A DNA stretch of 64,000 nt from Terriglobia bacterium (GTDB taxonomy: Bacteria > Acidobacteriota > Terriglobia > Acidiferrales > UBA7541): assembly GCA_041478355.1 (NCBI GenBank), contig JBGOVX010000002.1, positions 7,384 to 71,383 of the forward strand, given 5' to 3'. Each line of letters opens with the position of its first letter. Position 1 is the stretch's first letter. The position numbers and the translations under genes are program-made. Below, piece by piece: positions 53,872-63,428 of this stretch. Under the pieces are notes generated by a model that saw only the letters and a list, made by a program, of their open reading frames with translations, did not search any database and was not told the origin of the DNA.

Positions 53872-56493
53872 ATGAACTCACCCAGGAACAGACTGCAACA
53901 ATCCATGAAACTGGCTGCCAAGGTCATTGCCCTGGCAGCGATATTCGCGGTAGCGGCCCGGGCGGATAGGCCCTACGCGCCCAGCCGCGATTACCATCTG
54001 CAGAATGTACGCGTCTCGCTGCGCTTTGACCTGGACCAGCGCAAAGTGATTGGCGAGGTCACCCATACGCTTTCCACTTTGCGTGACGGCCTTTCGCACC
54101 TGGATTTTGATTGCGCGGGCCTCACCGTTTCGAGCGCGCGCGTCAATGGTAAGGACGCCCCCTATGAAATTCGCGACGGTAAACTTCGCGTCAGCCTCGC
54201 TCATTCCGCGAAATCGGGACAACAGTTCGAGGTGAACATCCGTTACGAGGGAAAACCCACCACCGGACTGTATTTTATTTTGCCGGACAAGGATGACCCG
54301 AGCCGGGCGAAGGAAATCTGGACCCAAGGCGAAGCTGAAGACACCCATCATTACATTCCCATTTACGACTATCCCAACGATCGCGCCACCTCCGAGATGA
54401 TTCTGACCGTTCCCGGCGATTGGCTCACGGTATCGAACGGAAAGCTGCTGAGCGTACAGGATGCCCCCGGCGGGTTGAAGACCTGGACGTGGCGGCAATC
54501 CCTGCCGATATCAACCTATCTAATTTCTTTTGTCGCCGGAGAGTACAAGGAAAAGAAAGAGACTTGGCACAATATCCCGATTGCCTACTACGTTCCTCGC
54601 GGCCAGGAAAACACGATTGATTCCACATTCAGTCACACCAGGCAGATGCTCGATTTCTTCTCGGAGCGATTCGGGGTCCCCTATCCCTGGGAACAGTACG
54701 CGCAAACCGCCGTAGATGATTTTGTCGCCAGCGGCATGGAAAACGTAAGCGCGACCACGCTTGCCACGCGTGACCTGATCCACGCCGATCTAGCAGGGGA
54801 AAAGGCAGAAGCGGCGGACGGGCTCATCTCCCACGAGATGACGCATCAATGGTTCGGTGATTTGGTCACGTGCAAGGATTGGACCAACACCTGGCTCAAC
54901 GAAGGGTTCGCCACATTCGGCGCCACCTTGTGGGAGGAGCACTATTACGGCGCCGATGCCGCAGCCTTTAGCTACTGGCGTGAGCAGATTGCTTGGATGC
55001 CTTCGCGGGACCTCTTCCCAATCCCCGTCGTGACGCGCGATATCTCTGATTCGGTTGAATACGTCGGGAACGTATATGACAAAGCCGGTTGGGTGCTTCA
55101 TATGCTCCGGGAGCGGCTTGGCGACCCAGCCTTCTTCCGTGGTTTAAAACATTATCTGGAAACCTACCGCCTCCAAAACGTGGTTACAGCCGACCTGGCC
55201 AAGGCCATCGAGGAATCCAGCGGCGCCAATGTCGATGAATTTTTCGATCAATGGATTTATGGGGCAGGCGCCCCGCGCTTCACGGTCCGATCCACCTACG
55301 ATTCAGAAACCGGGAAACTAACTCTCAACGTAAAACAAACACAGAAGGTGGAGGGGCACGTCGGCTTGTTCCATGTGCCCATCGATGTCGCCATTTCCAC
55401 AGCCGGCGGCGAGAAACTCTACCCCATTGACGTTTCCAAGGCCGAGGAAACCTTTTCGTTCCCAGTGGACGGACCGCCGCTGATGGTGCTGTTCGACAAG
55501 GGCGACAAGATTATGAAATCTCTCGATTTTCAGAAGTCGCCCGAGGAATGGATCCGGCAGCTCCACACCGCCGCGGACGTGCCGGACCGCGCCGACGCAG
55601 CCGTCGCGCTGGGCAACATTCGGGACAACGAAGCAGTCGCGACCGCGCTCGGAGAAGCCGCGCGGAGCGACCGGTTCCGGGGTATTCGCCAGGAAGCCGC
55701 TCGCGCCCTGGGCCGCATCAATTCCCCCGCCGCGAGAAAACAAATTCTCGCCGCGCTCTCAAACGAACAGCCCTGGGTGCGCCAAGTCGTCGTCGAGCAA
55801 CTGGGCCATTTTCAGAACGACGAAGAAACTATCAAACGCCTGCAGTCCATCTACAAAGATGACCCGGCGTACTCGGTCCGCAGCATGGCGCTGCAGTCCC
55901 TGGCGCAAGATAAGGCTCCCGGCACAGCGCAACTTCTCGAGAAGACGATTGCCGTTTCCTCGCCCAGTGATGTCCTGCGCCGCGCTTCCCTGCGCGCCAT
56001 GGGCACTCTTGGAGATAGTTCCGCTGCTTCCACTCTCCTCGAATGGTCAAGCCCAGGACATCTGCCGGTTCTACGCGGCATCGCGATCGAGGCATTGGGA
56101 CGTGTGGACCTGAAGGATCACGAAATCACGGCGCGTCTCATCACCTATTTAAACGAATCTTCGTTCGACATTCGATATGCGTCCATCTTCGCCCTTGGCC
56201 ACCGAGGCGATCCCACGGCCATCGAACCGCTCGAAGCGTTGCTCAAGACAGGCCAGCTTTCCATCAGCATCCCGCACAGGGTGGAATTGCTGATCGAACA
56301 ATTGAAGGCCCAGAGCGCGCCGCCAAAGGAAACCCCCTCGGCCAATCAGAAGAGCGACGATTCCGCGGCGGCCTCCGCTGGCAGCAACCAAATGGTCCTG
56401 GATCGGCTGGGCCGCCTGGAACAACAGATGTCCGACATGAATAATCAATTGCGCAAGATCGAAGCCGTCTTATCCCCAGGGAAAAGCGATTGA
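53872..56493 (+). CDS. M1-family zinc aminopeptidase with C-terminal HEAT-repeat region
   Basis: 873 aa. GxMEN (ASGMENVS). HEMTHQWFGD-x18-E (WLNEGFATF). C-terminal HEAT-like repeats. Signal/anchor at the N-terminus. Alternative start at 53905. Confidence 0.9.
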   Translation: MNSPRNRLQQSMKLAAKVIALAAIFAVAARADRPYAPSRDYHLQNVRVSLRFDLDQRKVIGEVTHTLSTLRDGLSHLDFDCAGLTVSSARVNGKDAPYEIRDGKLRVSLAHSAKSGQQFEVNIRYEGKPTTGLYFILPDKDDPSRAKEIWTQGEAEDTHHYIPIYDYPNDRATSEMILTVPGDWLTVSNGKLLSVQDAPGGLKTWTWRQSLPISTYLISFVAGEYKEKKETWHNIPIAYYVPRGQENTIDSTFSHTRQMLDFFSERFGVPYPWEQYAQTAVDDFVASGMENVSATTLATRDLIHADLAGEKAEAADGLISHEMTHQWFGDLVTCKDWTNTWLNEGFATFGATLWEEHYYGADAAAFSYWREQIAWMPSRDLFPIPVVTRDISDSVEYVGNVYDKAGWVLHMLRERLGDPAFFRGLKHYLETYRLQNVVTADLAKAIEESSGANVDEFFDQWIYGAGAPRFTVRSTYDSETGKLTLNVKQTQKVEGHVGLFHVPIDVAISTAGGEKLYPIDVSKAEETFSFPVDGPPLMVLFDKGDKIMKSLDFQKSPEEWIRQLHTAADVPDRADAAVALGNIRDNEAVATALGEAARSDRFRGIRQEAARALGRINSPAARKQILAALSNEQPWVRQVVVEQLGHFQNDEETIKRLQSIYKDDPAYSVRSMALQSLAQDKAPGTAQLLEKTIAVSSPSDVLRRASLRAMGTLGDSSAASTLLEWSSPGHLPVLRGIAIEALGRVDLKDHEITARLITYLNESSFDIRYASIFALGHRGDPTAIEPLEALLKTGQLSISIPHRVELLIEQLKAQSAPPKETPSANQKSDDSAAASAGSNQMVLDRLGRLEQQMSDMNNQLRKIEAVLSPGKSD

Positions 56494-56546
56494 CGGTATA
56501 GATCGCCTCTGAATTCAACTAAAAGCTGCCCGCCCAAGATCCTGGC

Positions 56547-56623
56547 GGCCGCTACAAAAACACCCCCCCCATCAAGACATTGTGGTTTTGTAGCGGCCTC
56601 TTCGTCCCGTGTTTTTCGGGACG
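56547..56623. terminator. Two tandem hairpins between convergent genes (bidirectional terminator candidate)
   Basis: GGCCGCTACAAAAACAC (56547-56563) pairs with GTGGTTTTGTAGCGGCC (56582-56598), 16 of 17 bp. Followed by the perfect hairpin CGTCCCG-N7-CGGGACG (56603-56623). No clean T tracts. Confidence 0.4.
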
Positions 56624-56682
56624 GAGAGGGCACGTGTTTCTTCCAAACACAATCAAGCGGCAGTTGGTTGAGTTTCCACGGC

Positions 56683-57996
56683 CTACTCTGCGAGAAGAAC
56701 GCGGAGATCGCGCAGATTATTTCCGGTCGGTCCAGTTTCGACCGCATCGCCCAGCTTTTGGAAAAACGTGTAGGAATCACTTCGCCGAAAATAATCACCC
56801 GGGTCAATTCCCAATAAATGAGCGCGCTTGGAAGTTTCGCCGTCGGCCATGGCTCCAGCGGCAGGGCTCGATCCATCGATGCCATCGGTTCCCACGCTAA
56901 GCACGCTGATTTTTTGATCCGCGATTTTCTTGACCAAATAGAGCACGAAGGCTGAGTTCCTCCCGCCTACACCGCTCCCGGTGACCGGCGAACTAACCTC
57001 ACCGCCCGCAATGATGGCCACGGGCCGTCCAGGATTTGCGCGTTTCCATTCGACGAGCTGGTCCAGCAGATAATCAGCAGCGCGCTCCAGGGGCCAATCG
57101 TCGGTCGTGTTATCGCACACAGTGACGAATCCCGCAGCCTCGGCTGCGCGATGCGCCGGATGAAACAGGCCGTGACGTCCAAGCAAAATCTGAAATGCCG
57201 CGCGCCTAAAGGCTGAGTCTCCCGCTTTCGGAGTCTCAGGAATCGTTTCCGGATGTTCGAATCGCGTCCGAATCGGCGCCGGCAATTTCGAAAGCAGTCC
57301 GTAACGCTTCACCACTTCACAGGAGTCCGATACCGTCGTGGGATCAGGGAGCGTCGGACCTGATGCCAGGGCCGACTCCCGGCCTTCAGGAACGTCACTA
57401 ATGCCAAGGGTAACCTTCATCGCCGACGACGCTGCCACAGCCAGGCGTCCACCCTTCACTGCGGAAATATGTTTCCGCACCGCGTTGATGTCATCAATCG
57501 AAGCGCCGCAGGTAACCAGCGACCGATTCATGGCCTGCACATCTCCCAAACACACTGCGGGATCAAGCGGCTGTTCGACCAGCGCGGAACCTCCTCCGGA
57601 CAAGAGGAAGAAAACCAGGGACCTTTCGTTCACCCCTGCAAGCAAACCTAGGATTGCGCGGCCCGCCTCAAAACTCCCCTCACTGGGGACGGGATGCCCC
57701 GCAACAATCAGGCGGAACTCCGGCGGCACAGCACCCGACGGCGAAGGCGCGACCACGATGCCCCGGACCGCGAAATCCGGAGAGACTAGCTCCGCGAGTC
57801 CGCGCGCCATCGCGATAGAAGCTTTGCCAATGGCCACGGCGTAAATCTGCTCGAACGAGGCAAGATCGAGCGCCGCCCCATTTACAAAAATACGAGAGCC
57901 TTCTCGAGCTAGCTCGCGCCGCATGGTCGCGGGAATATCGATCGCCGCGAGCGTTTCTTGAAAAATCCGCAGTGCCGCTTGTTTGAGGTCGGGCAT
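56683..57996 (-). CDS. Glycerate 2-kinase (DUF4147 + MOFRL, TtuD-like)
   Basis: 437 aa. FFLLSGGGSALV, IAGGEVSSPVTGSGVGGRNSAF, VGTDGIDGSSPAAGA. Confidence 0.85.
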   Translation of the reverse strand: MPDLKQAALRIFQETLAAIDIPATMRRELAREGSRIFVNGAALDLASFEQIYAVAIGKASIAMARGLAELVSPDFAVRGIVVAPSPSGAVPPEFRLIVAGHPVPSEGSFEAGRAILGLLAGVNERSLVFFLLSGGGSALVEQPLDPAVCLGDVQAMNRSLVTCGASIDDINAVRKHISAVKGGRLAVAASSAMKVTLGISDVPEGRESALASGPTLPDPTTVSDSCEVVKRYGLLSKLPAPIRTRFEHPETIPETPKAGDSAFRRAAFQILLGRHGLFHPAHRAAEAAGFVTVCDNTTDDWPLERAADYLLDQLVEWKRANPGRPVAIIAGGEVSSPVTGSGVGGRNSAFVLYLVKKIADQKISVLSVGTDGIDGSSPAAGAMADGETSKRAHLLGIDPGDYFRRSDSYTFFQKLGDAVETGPTGNNLRDLRVLLAE

Positions 57997-58045
57997 GGAA
58001 TCAGTACTTGTAAAGCGGAACTAGCATTGCGATATACAGGAACCC

Positions 58046-58480
58046 TTACGCCTTCCCCAACGCAGATGCCCCCGCGCGAGCTACTTCGACATCCTGGTCC
58101 TCGGTGCCTGCGCTCACCCCAATCGCTCCTACACACTGGCCATTGGCTTCCAACGGCAAGCCGCCGCGCAACGGTGTTTGCCGCGCTCGGCTCCCAATCG
58201 CCAGGCTGAGGGACAACAACAGATTGACCTCATCGCCCGAGCGCGCGGGGCCGCTTGGCATACGGCGGATCGCGGCCGCGACCGCTTTATTAATCGCGAT
58301 GTCAACCGAGGAGAGTTTCGCGCTGTCCATTCTCGCAAATGCCATCAAGTGTCCGCCATCATCTACCACGGCGATGTTCATGGGAACGCCGATCCGCAAC
58401 GCATGAGCTTTCGCGGCGCCCACAACAGCTTCGGCTCCTTCCAGCGTAAGCCTTGCATTATTGATTGTCACATGGGCCAT
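58046..58480 (-). CDS. GlcG/HbpS-like (DUF336) protein, cytoplasmic paralogue
   Basis: 144 aa with no signal peptide. GGLPLEANGQCVGAIGVSAGTEDQDVEVA. Confidence 0.8.
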   Translation of the reverse strand: MAHVTINNARLTLEGAEAVVGAAKAHALRIGVPMNIAVVDDGGHLMAFARMDSAKLSSVDIAINKAVAAAIRRMPSGPARSGDEVNLLLSLSLAIGSRARQTPLRGGLPLEANGQCVGAIGVSAGTEDQDVEVARAGASALGKA

Positions 58481-58531
58481 TGTTGCCTCATTTCCTGGAT
58501 GAAACGCCGATCATTTTCCTGTCTATTACAA

Positions 58532-59515
58532 TTATTTCTGCTGCAGCACTTCCGGATTCACCATCGTGTGCGGCCGCTTTCCAGTGAAAAGAGCAATCGC
58601 ATTTTCGACCGCTATCATCGCCATCCGGGTGCGCGTTTCGACCGAGGCTGAGCCCAGATGTGGCGCGAGAACGACATTGCTCCGCCGCAAGCCGTCGCTG
58701 ATCAGAGGCTCGCGCTCGAATACATCGAGCGCCGCGCCCGCGATAATGCCCTGATTGAGCGCGTGAACCAGCGCCTCCTCCCGCACGACAGGCCCGCGCG
58801 TGGTGTTAATCAAAAACGCCGTGCGTTTCATCTTTGCGAGCTCCGCGGCGCCAATCAATCCGCGTGTGTCGGCGCGCAACGGCACGTGAAGCGACAAAAA
58901 ATCCGACTCCTCCAGCACTTGGTCCCGCTCCATAAACTCCGCGTTCAGTTCCCTCTCGACTTCTTCCGGAGCGCGCCGCGAGCTATGGTAGATCACTCGC
59001 ATGCGAAATCCCGCCGCGCGCCTGGCCACGGCTCTTCCAATGCGCCCGAATCCAATTATGCCCAGCGTCTTGCCCCATACATCCGTCCCGCACAACTGGT
59101 CGAGATTCCATTGGGTCCACCCGCCCGAGCGAGCCAGATGGTCTGCCTCGATCAAACGGCGCGCCACCGCCATCAGCAGTGCCCATGTGAAATCGGCTGT
59201 CGTTTCGTCGAGCACACCGGGCGTATTCGTGACCACGACTCCTCGTTCGGTGCAGGCAGGCACATCGATATTGTCGAAGCCGACGGCGACATTGGCGACA
59301 ATCCGCAATTTTTGCCCTGCCGCATCGAGCAGCTCCCCGTCCACCCTCTCGGTGAGCAGGGAGATTAGCGCATCCTTGCCCGCAACCCGCTTCAAGACTT
59401 CCGTGCGCGGCGGCCGGTCGCTCCCGGTCCAGTATTCCACATCAAACTGTTCCGCCAGACGCCGTCGCGGCTCCTCGAATAAACAATGGGTGGAAAATAA
59501 CTTTGGCTTGCTCAC
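58532..59515 (-). CDS. D-isomer-specific 2-hydroxyacid dehydrogenase (glyoxylate/hydroxypyruvate reductase-like)
   Basis: 327 aa. NAD motif GIIGFGRIGRAVARR. Catalytic-region RGPVVREEAL ... LAPHLGSAS. Confidence 0.9.
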   Translation of the reverse strand: MSKPKLFSTHCLFEEPRRRLAEQFDVEYWTGSDRPPRTEVLKRVAGKDALISLLTERVDGELLDAAGQKLRIVANVAVGFDNIDVPACTERGVVVTNTPGVLDETTADFTWALLMAVARRLIEADHLARSGGWTQWNLDQLCGTDVWGKTLGIIGFGRIGRAVARRAAGFRMRVIYHSSRRAPEEVERELNAEFMERDQVLEESDFLSLHVPLRADTRGLIGAAELAKMKRTAFLINTTRGPVVREEALVHALNQGIIAGAALDVFEREPLISDGLRRSNVVLAPHLGSASVETRTRMAMIAVENAIALFTGKRPHTMVNPEVLQQK

Positions 59516-59626
59516 TATGCCGCCTCATGGGGAAACAAATTGGCAGAGTAACACACCTGTAATGAGGTTGAACCGCCCACTATCATTCGGGAGGGATGTG
59601 GAACACTTTAGCCCTGCGTGGCAGTT

Positions 59627-60445
59627 CTACTGATGGTCCTTCATGTTAAACGCTTCGTGCGGTTTACTGTTTATGTATGCTGAGACATCATAAGCCTGCT
59701 GCGCCGTCATGTTTCCCGGCTTGTTCAGCGGCATGTTGTGTTGAACAAACCGGGCCATTTTTGTTATGTCGTTCATGCCGGCCCCGGCGTCATATGCATC
59801 CGGACCCCACACCGCAGGGATCCCTGGAGGCTTTCCCGCGCCATCCGCGCCGTGGCACACGGCGCATTGTTGTGCATAAATCAGGCTGCCCCGCTTGAGG
59901 TCTCCGTTCAACTCAGGGAGACTGACCAGTCCGCGTCCCGGAAACGGTTGGCCCGTCGGTTGATCCTTGGAGAGCCACTGCGCGTATGCCACAAGCCCGA
60001 CCATTTCCGGGCTGTCGTTGGGAAGCCGGTGCCCATGCTCACTGCGTTGGAAGCACTGCTCGATGCGTTCTTCGAATGTCACCACCGTCTTCTCGCGGTC
60101 CCTGTAAACAGGAAACATTCCGGGAACCCCGACCAGAGGAATCCCTCCTGCAGCCGTGCCGCTCTCGATATGGCAATCCCCGCAGTTCATGCTATTTCCG
60201 ACATACGGCGCCGCATATTTCGGTGTCTCATTGAATACGCTTAGCCCCAGGCGAATGCTGTCGCCCAATGGCCCTTCCGGAATCGTTGCAGCGTCTGGCG
60301 CCGTCCAGGCCTTGGCCGGAGCAGCAGCGTCCGCCGAATTCTCAGACGCGCCAAAACTGCTCTTGAATCCGATTAACAGGATGCAGGAGGCTGAGACAAC
60401 AGCAAAGGTCAAACTCCATCGAGCAATGATTGCTCGCGTTACCAT
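59627..60445 (-). CDS. Periplasmic dihaem c-type cytochrome, thiosulfate dehydrogenase (TsdA)-like
   Basis: ORF trimmed to ATG 60445, which follows AAGGAG. Signal anchor. Haem motifs CGDCH and CAVCH. RIEQCFQRSEHG between them resembles the TsdA Cys-ligand region. AVWGPDAYDAGAGM follows haem 2. Confidence 0.65.
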   Translation of the reverse strand: MVTRAIIARWSLTFAVVSASCILLIGFKSSFGASENSADAAAPAKAWTAPDAATIPEGPLGDSIRLGLSVFNETPKYAAPYVGNSMNCGDCHIESGTAAGGIPLVGVPGMFPVYRDREKTVVTFEERIEQCFQRSEHGHRLPNDSPEMVGLVAYAQWLSKDQPTGQPFPGRGLVSLPELNGDLKRGSLIYAQQCAVCHGADGAGKPPGIPAVWGPDAYDAGAGMNDITKMARFVQHNMPLNKPGNMTAQQAYDVSAYINSKPHEAFNMKDHQ

Positions 60446-60530
60446 GATTGCTCCTTCCATTAGGATTCGTTCGGACTTAGCCAGAGCGAATTCGTGCGGC
60501 GCAAAACCCAAATCGTCTTGGCCTCATCCA

Positions 60531-61238
60531 TCATAACGCCGCCATATAACTATAGTGCCCCTCACATTGCAGGAAGGCCAGCGCCCCCGCCAAGGCGGGC
60601 ACGATCAGAACACCCGGCAGCGCGTGAGCCTGCATGTCTTTTACAACTTCCTCCGGCGGCGCGGACAACCCATTTTGCTTGATCAATGCTCGCGCGGCTT
60701 CTTCATTCGAACTGTGGCAGCTCAAAAATCGCACGCCGCGCGCCTGCAAGCCCTGGACCGAGGAGTCCTGGTAGAGGGAATCCGGGCTGTCGGGATCGTC
60801 AGAGGTATAACTCAGCGATGTGCCGGCATTGCTGGGATAAAAAATATTGCGCACGGCGGGCTCCCCAGTCTTGGGGTCGTTCACTTTCACCCACTCACCG
60901 ATTCGGTACTTCTGCCAGACATAATCACTATAGTTCAGCATGTTGGCCGGCCCGTTGAGCGCGGCGACGATTTGAATCTGGTCCGCAGGGATGCCCGTGC
61001 CAAATCGAAGCCCATTGAGCGAGTTCTTGACGTTTTTCAAGACTCTTCCGTCGTTGACGGCAAAGCCGTGCAGCACCTGCTTGATGCGCCGCGGCAAGCG
61101 CGTGAGAGCATCGAATTCCGCGGCCTGCCAGTTGGATTTTTGCCACACATATTGGGCGTGCACCGGGTCGCTCCAAATCGTCGAGGCGGCCACCGCAACT
61201 GCTCCGCCTAGAAGGGACCGGCGTGAAAAATCGCTCAT
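60531..61238 (-). CDS. Tat-exported hypothetical protein, possibly DsrE/DsrF-like (COG1416-type) fold
   Basis: ORF trimmed to ATG 61238, which follows AAAGGAG. FSRRSLLGGAVAVAAS. By eye, GVRFLSCHSS and VPALAGALAFLQCEGHYSY recall the COG1416 pattern (GV-F-x-C-x-N ... LQ-x-x-G-Y-x-Y). Weak call. Confidence 0.45.
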   Translation of the reverse strand: MSDFSRRSLLGGAVAVAASTIWSDPVHAQYVWQKSNWQAAEFDALTRLPRRIKQVLHGFAVNDGRVLKNVKNSLNGLRFGTGIPADQIQIVAALNGPANMLNYSDYVWQKYRIGEWVKVNDPKTGEPAVRNIFYPSNAGTSLSYTSDDPDSPDSLYQDSSVQGLQARGVRFLSCHSSNEEAARALIKQNGLSAPPEEVVKDMQAHALPGVLIVPALAGALAFLQCEGHYSYMAAL

Positions 61239-61438
61239 GGATCCTGCTCCTTTGCTCAAAATGACCCGGAAATTCGTCATTTGTTTCCGGCTTTCCGGTA
61301 TCATACGCCAGCCTGCCGGGGACGTCCATCCAGTTAGCGGAGATGGCGCCTCACTTTGAAAACAACCAGATCGGAGCAGGTCGCAGGCATGATTACGGTG
61401 GCGCTTGTCTAACAGTTTGCGAAAAAACTCTAAACGCT

Positions 61439-61525
61439 GTCATTCCGAGGCACGCCGCATGCCGAGGAATCCCTCTTTTCTTGGATTTCGACTAAAGAGA
61501 GATTCCTCGCTTCGCTCGGAATGAC
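61439..61525. repeat. 87-nt nested palindromic (REP/MITE-like) element
   Basis: GTCATTCCGAG (61439-61449) pairs with CTCGGAATGAC (61515-61525). Inner arms GAGGAATCCCTCTTT / AAAGAGAGATTCCTC have 1 mismatch. Lies in a 420-nt divergent intergenic region. Confidence 0.7.
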
Positions 61526-61659
61526 AATCAAGAGTACTCTTTCGCCAAACGGTTAAGCCTCGGAACAACCAATGCCCTGGCTCACCTAAAGTTGAGGAAA
61601 ACGCGTATGATGACAACTGTGAACTTTTTGTCGCATCTGTGAATTTCTGGAGATTGCCA

Positions 61660-62442
61660 ATGAAGATCAGAAGCTTGCTCATTATGGTTGCGTTCGCCGC
61701 GGTGGTTGGTGTCCCTCAGGTTTTTGCCCGTCCCGCTGGGAAAGAGACCAAGGTCATGGTCCGCGTCTTAGCTCGCGATGCCAAATTGATTGGGAAGGGC
61801 GTTGGCGGCGCCCGCGTCACGATTAAGGATGCCACCTCCGGACAAGTGCTGGCCCAGGGCATGCAGCAAGATGGAACCGGCGAGACCTCGCTGATCATCG
61901 AGAAACCTCGAGTCCGCGGGGAGAAAGTCTACGATACTCCCGGCGCGTCCGGGTTTCTCGCTGTCCTGAATTTGGACCGGCCAACCGTGGTGGAAGTGAT
62001 CGCGGAGGGCCCGCTCGGTAGCCCGCAAGCCACTCAGCGCGCCTCCAAGACTATGCTGCTGGTGCCGGGTGAAGACGTGCTGGGCGACGGCATTGTTTTG
62101 GAGATTCATGGATTTATCGTGAAGACTATTGCGCCGCTGGCAGACTCTAAGGTCGCAGGTAGCTCGCCGTTCGAAGTCCGGGCTACCGTCAATATGGCTT
62201 GCGGATGTCCTACCGAACCCAATGGCCATTGGGATTCAAACAAGTTCCGCGTCGTGGCGCGATTGATTCGTGAGGGCAATATCGAAGCGGAAATCCCCAT
62301 GCGCTACGCCGGGGTGCAGAATACCTATACAGGCGCAGTCCCAACCGCCGTCCCGGGCCGAATCGAATTGCAGATACTCGCCATGGATCCGGTGAATGCA
62401 AATTTTGGCCTGACTCGAGAAGACCTGACGATTATTCCGTAG
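61660..62442 (+). CDS. Secreted hypothetical protein
   Basis: ORF trimmed to ATG 61660, which follows GGAGA. Signal peptide MKIRSLLIMVAFAAVVGVPQVFA. Beta-rich sequence with no motif recognised. Confidence 0.6.
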   Translation: MKIRSLLIMVAFAAVVGVPQVFARPAGKETKVMVRVLARDAKLIGKGVGGARVTIKDATSGQVLAQGMQQDGTGETSLIIEKPRVRGEKVYDTPGASGFLAVLNLDRPTVVEVIAEGPLGSPQATQRASKTMLLVPGEDVLGDGIVLEIHGFIVKTIAPLADSKVAGSSPFEVRATVNMACGCPTEPNGHWDSNKFRVVARLIREGNIEAEIPMRYAGVQNTYTGAVPTAVPGRIELQILAMDPVNANFGLTREDLTIIP

Positions 62443-62510
62443 CTTCGATGAAGCCGAGGCAGCGAGATAGAGCGAGAATTTTACCCATATTTGCGTGATA
62501 CAGTGCATCC

Positions 62511-63428
62511 ATGCGGCCCGAAATTAATCAAGTCGTTCAACTCATCCAGCGTAACGATCCAAAATCGCTTGAGGAAGCTCTGGAATTGTTACAGAACACC
62601 GTCTTTTCCTTCAGCATGAAGGTGTGCGGGCAGCGGCAAGATGCCGAAGACACCATGCAGGAGGTTCTGCTCAAGTCGATTCCCTACCTTCCGAAGCTCG
62701 ACAGTCCCAAGGCATTGATGGTTTGGCTCTACAAGGTCGCCAAGAACCGGTGCTTGATGACCAGGCGCAAAAGCAAATTTGCGCCCCAGGAAGATCTTTC
62801 CCTCGAAGAATTGATGCCCGACCGGCGGGAATTGGAAGGACTTTCAGGCCAGGCCGCCGCCACTCCTGAAACGTTATTCTTGCGTCGTGAGAATGCCAAG
62901 CGCCTCCGAGCAACGGTCCAGAAACTCCCGCCGGAATACCGCCTTATTCTCGTGCTGCATGACATGGAAGAACTCACGGACGCAGACGTCGCCGAAATAA
63001 CGGGGCTTCGGCTAGGGACAATCCGCGTGCGGCTGCACCGTGCCCGTCTATTTGTGCGGAAGGAGCTAGCCAAGCAGGGGCAGCATCCTATTCCTCGACA
63101 GGCGGCGAAATTGGCCGCGGAAATAAAATTGTCCACACAACCTGGCCACCCAAGTTGCAAGGCGATGTTTGCCGAACTGTCAAACTACCTGGACGAGGAG
63201 TTGGACGATTCCCTGTGTGAAGAGCTGGAAAAGCACATGGACGGCTGTGAGCCTTGCAAAGCTTTCTTGTCGAGTCTGGAGAAATCGATTGAGCAGTGCA
63301 GAACCATGCCGGGTGAAAATCCCGACCCGCGTGCCGCTGCAACACTCAGACGAGAATTGCTGGCTGAGTATCAAGGATTGATGGCAACGGTTATGAATCC
63401 CCGTAAAGGCCACATAAGTCACGGGTAG
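62511..63428 (+). CDS. ECF sigma factor with a C-terminally fused zinc-binding anti-sigma (ZAS, zf-HC2) domain
   Basis: 305 aa. Region 2 (DAEDTMQEVLLKSIPYL, WLYKVAKNRCL). Region 4 (LPPEYRLILVLHDMEELTDADVAEITGLRLGTIRVRLHRARLFVRKEL). Then CKAMFAELSNYLDEELDDSLCEELEKHMDGCEPC (H-x3-C-x2-C). No TM segment. Confidence 0.85.
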   Translation: MRPEINQVVQLIQRNDPKSLEEALELLQNTVFSFSMKVCGQRQDAEDTMQEVLLKSIPYLPKLDSPKALMVWLYKVAKNRCLMTRRKSKFAPQEDLSLEELMPDRRELEGLSGQAAATPETLFLRRENAKRLRATVQKLPPEYRLILVLHDMEELTDADVAEITGLRLGTIRVRLHRARLFVRKELAKQGQHPIPRQAAKLAAEIKLSTQPGHPSCKAMFAELSNYLDEELDDSLCEELEKHMDGCEPCKAFLSSLEKSIEQCRTMPGENPDPRAAATLRRELLAEYQGLMATVMNPRKGHISHG

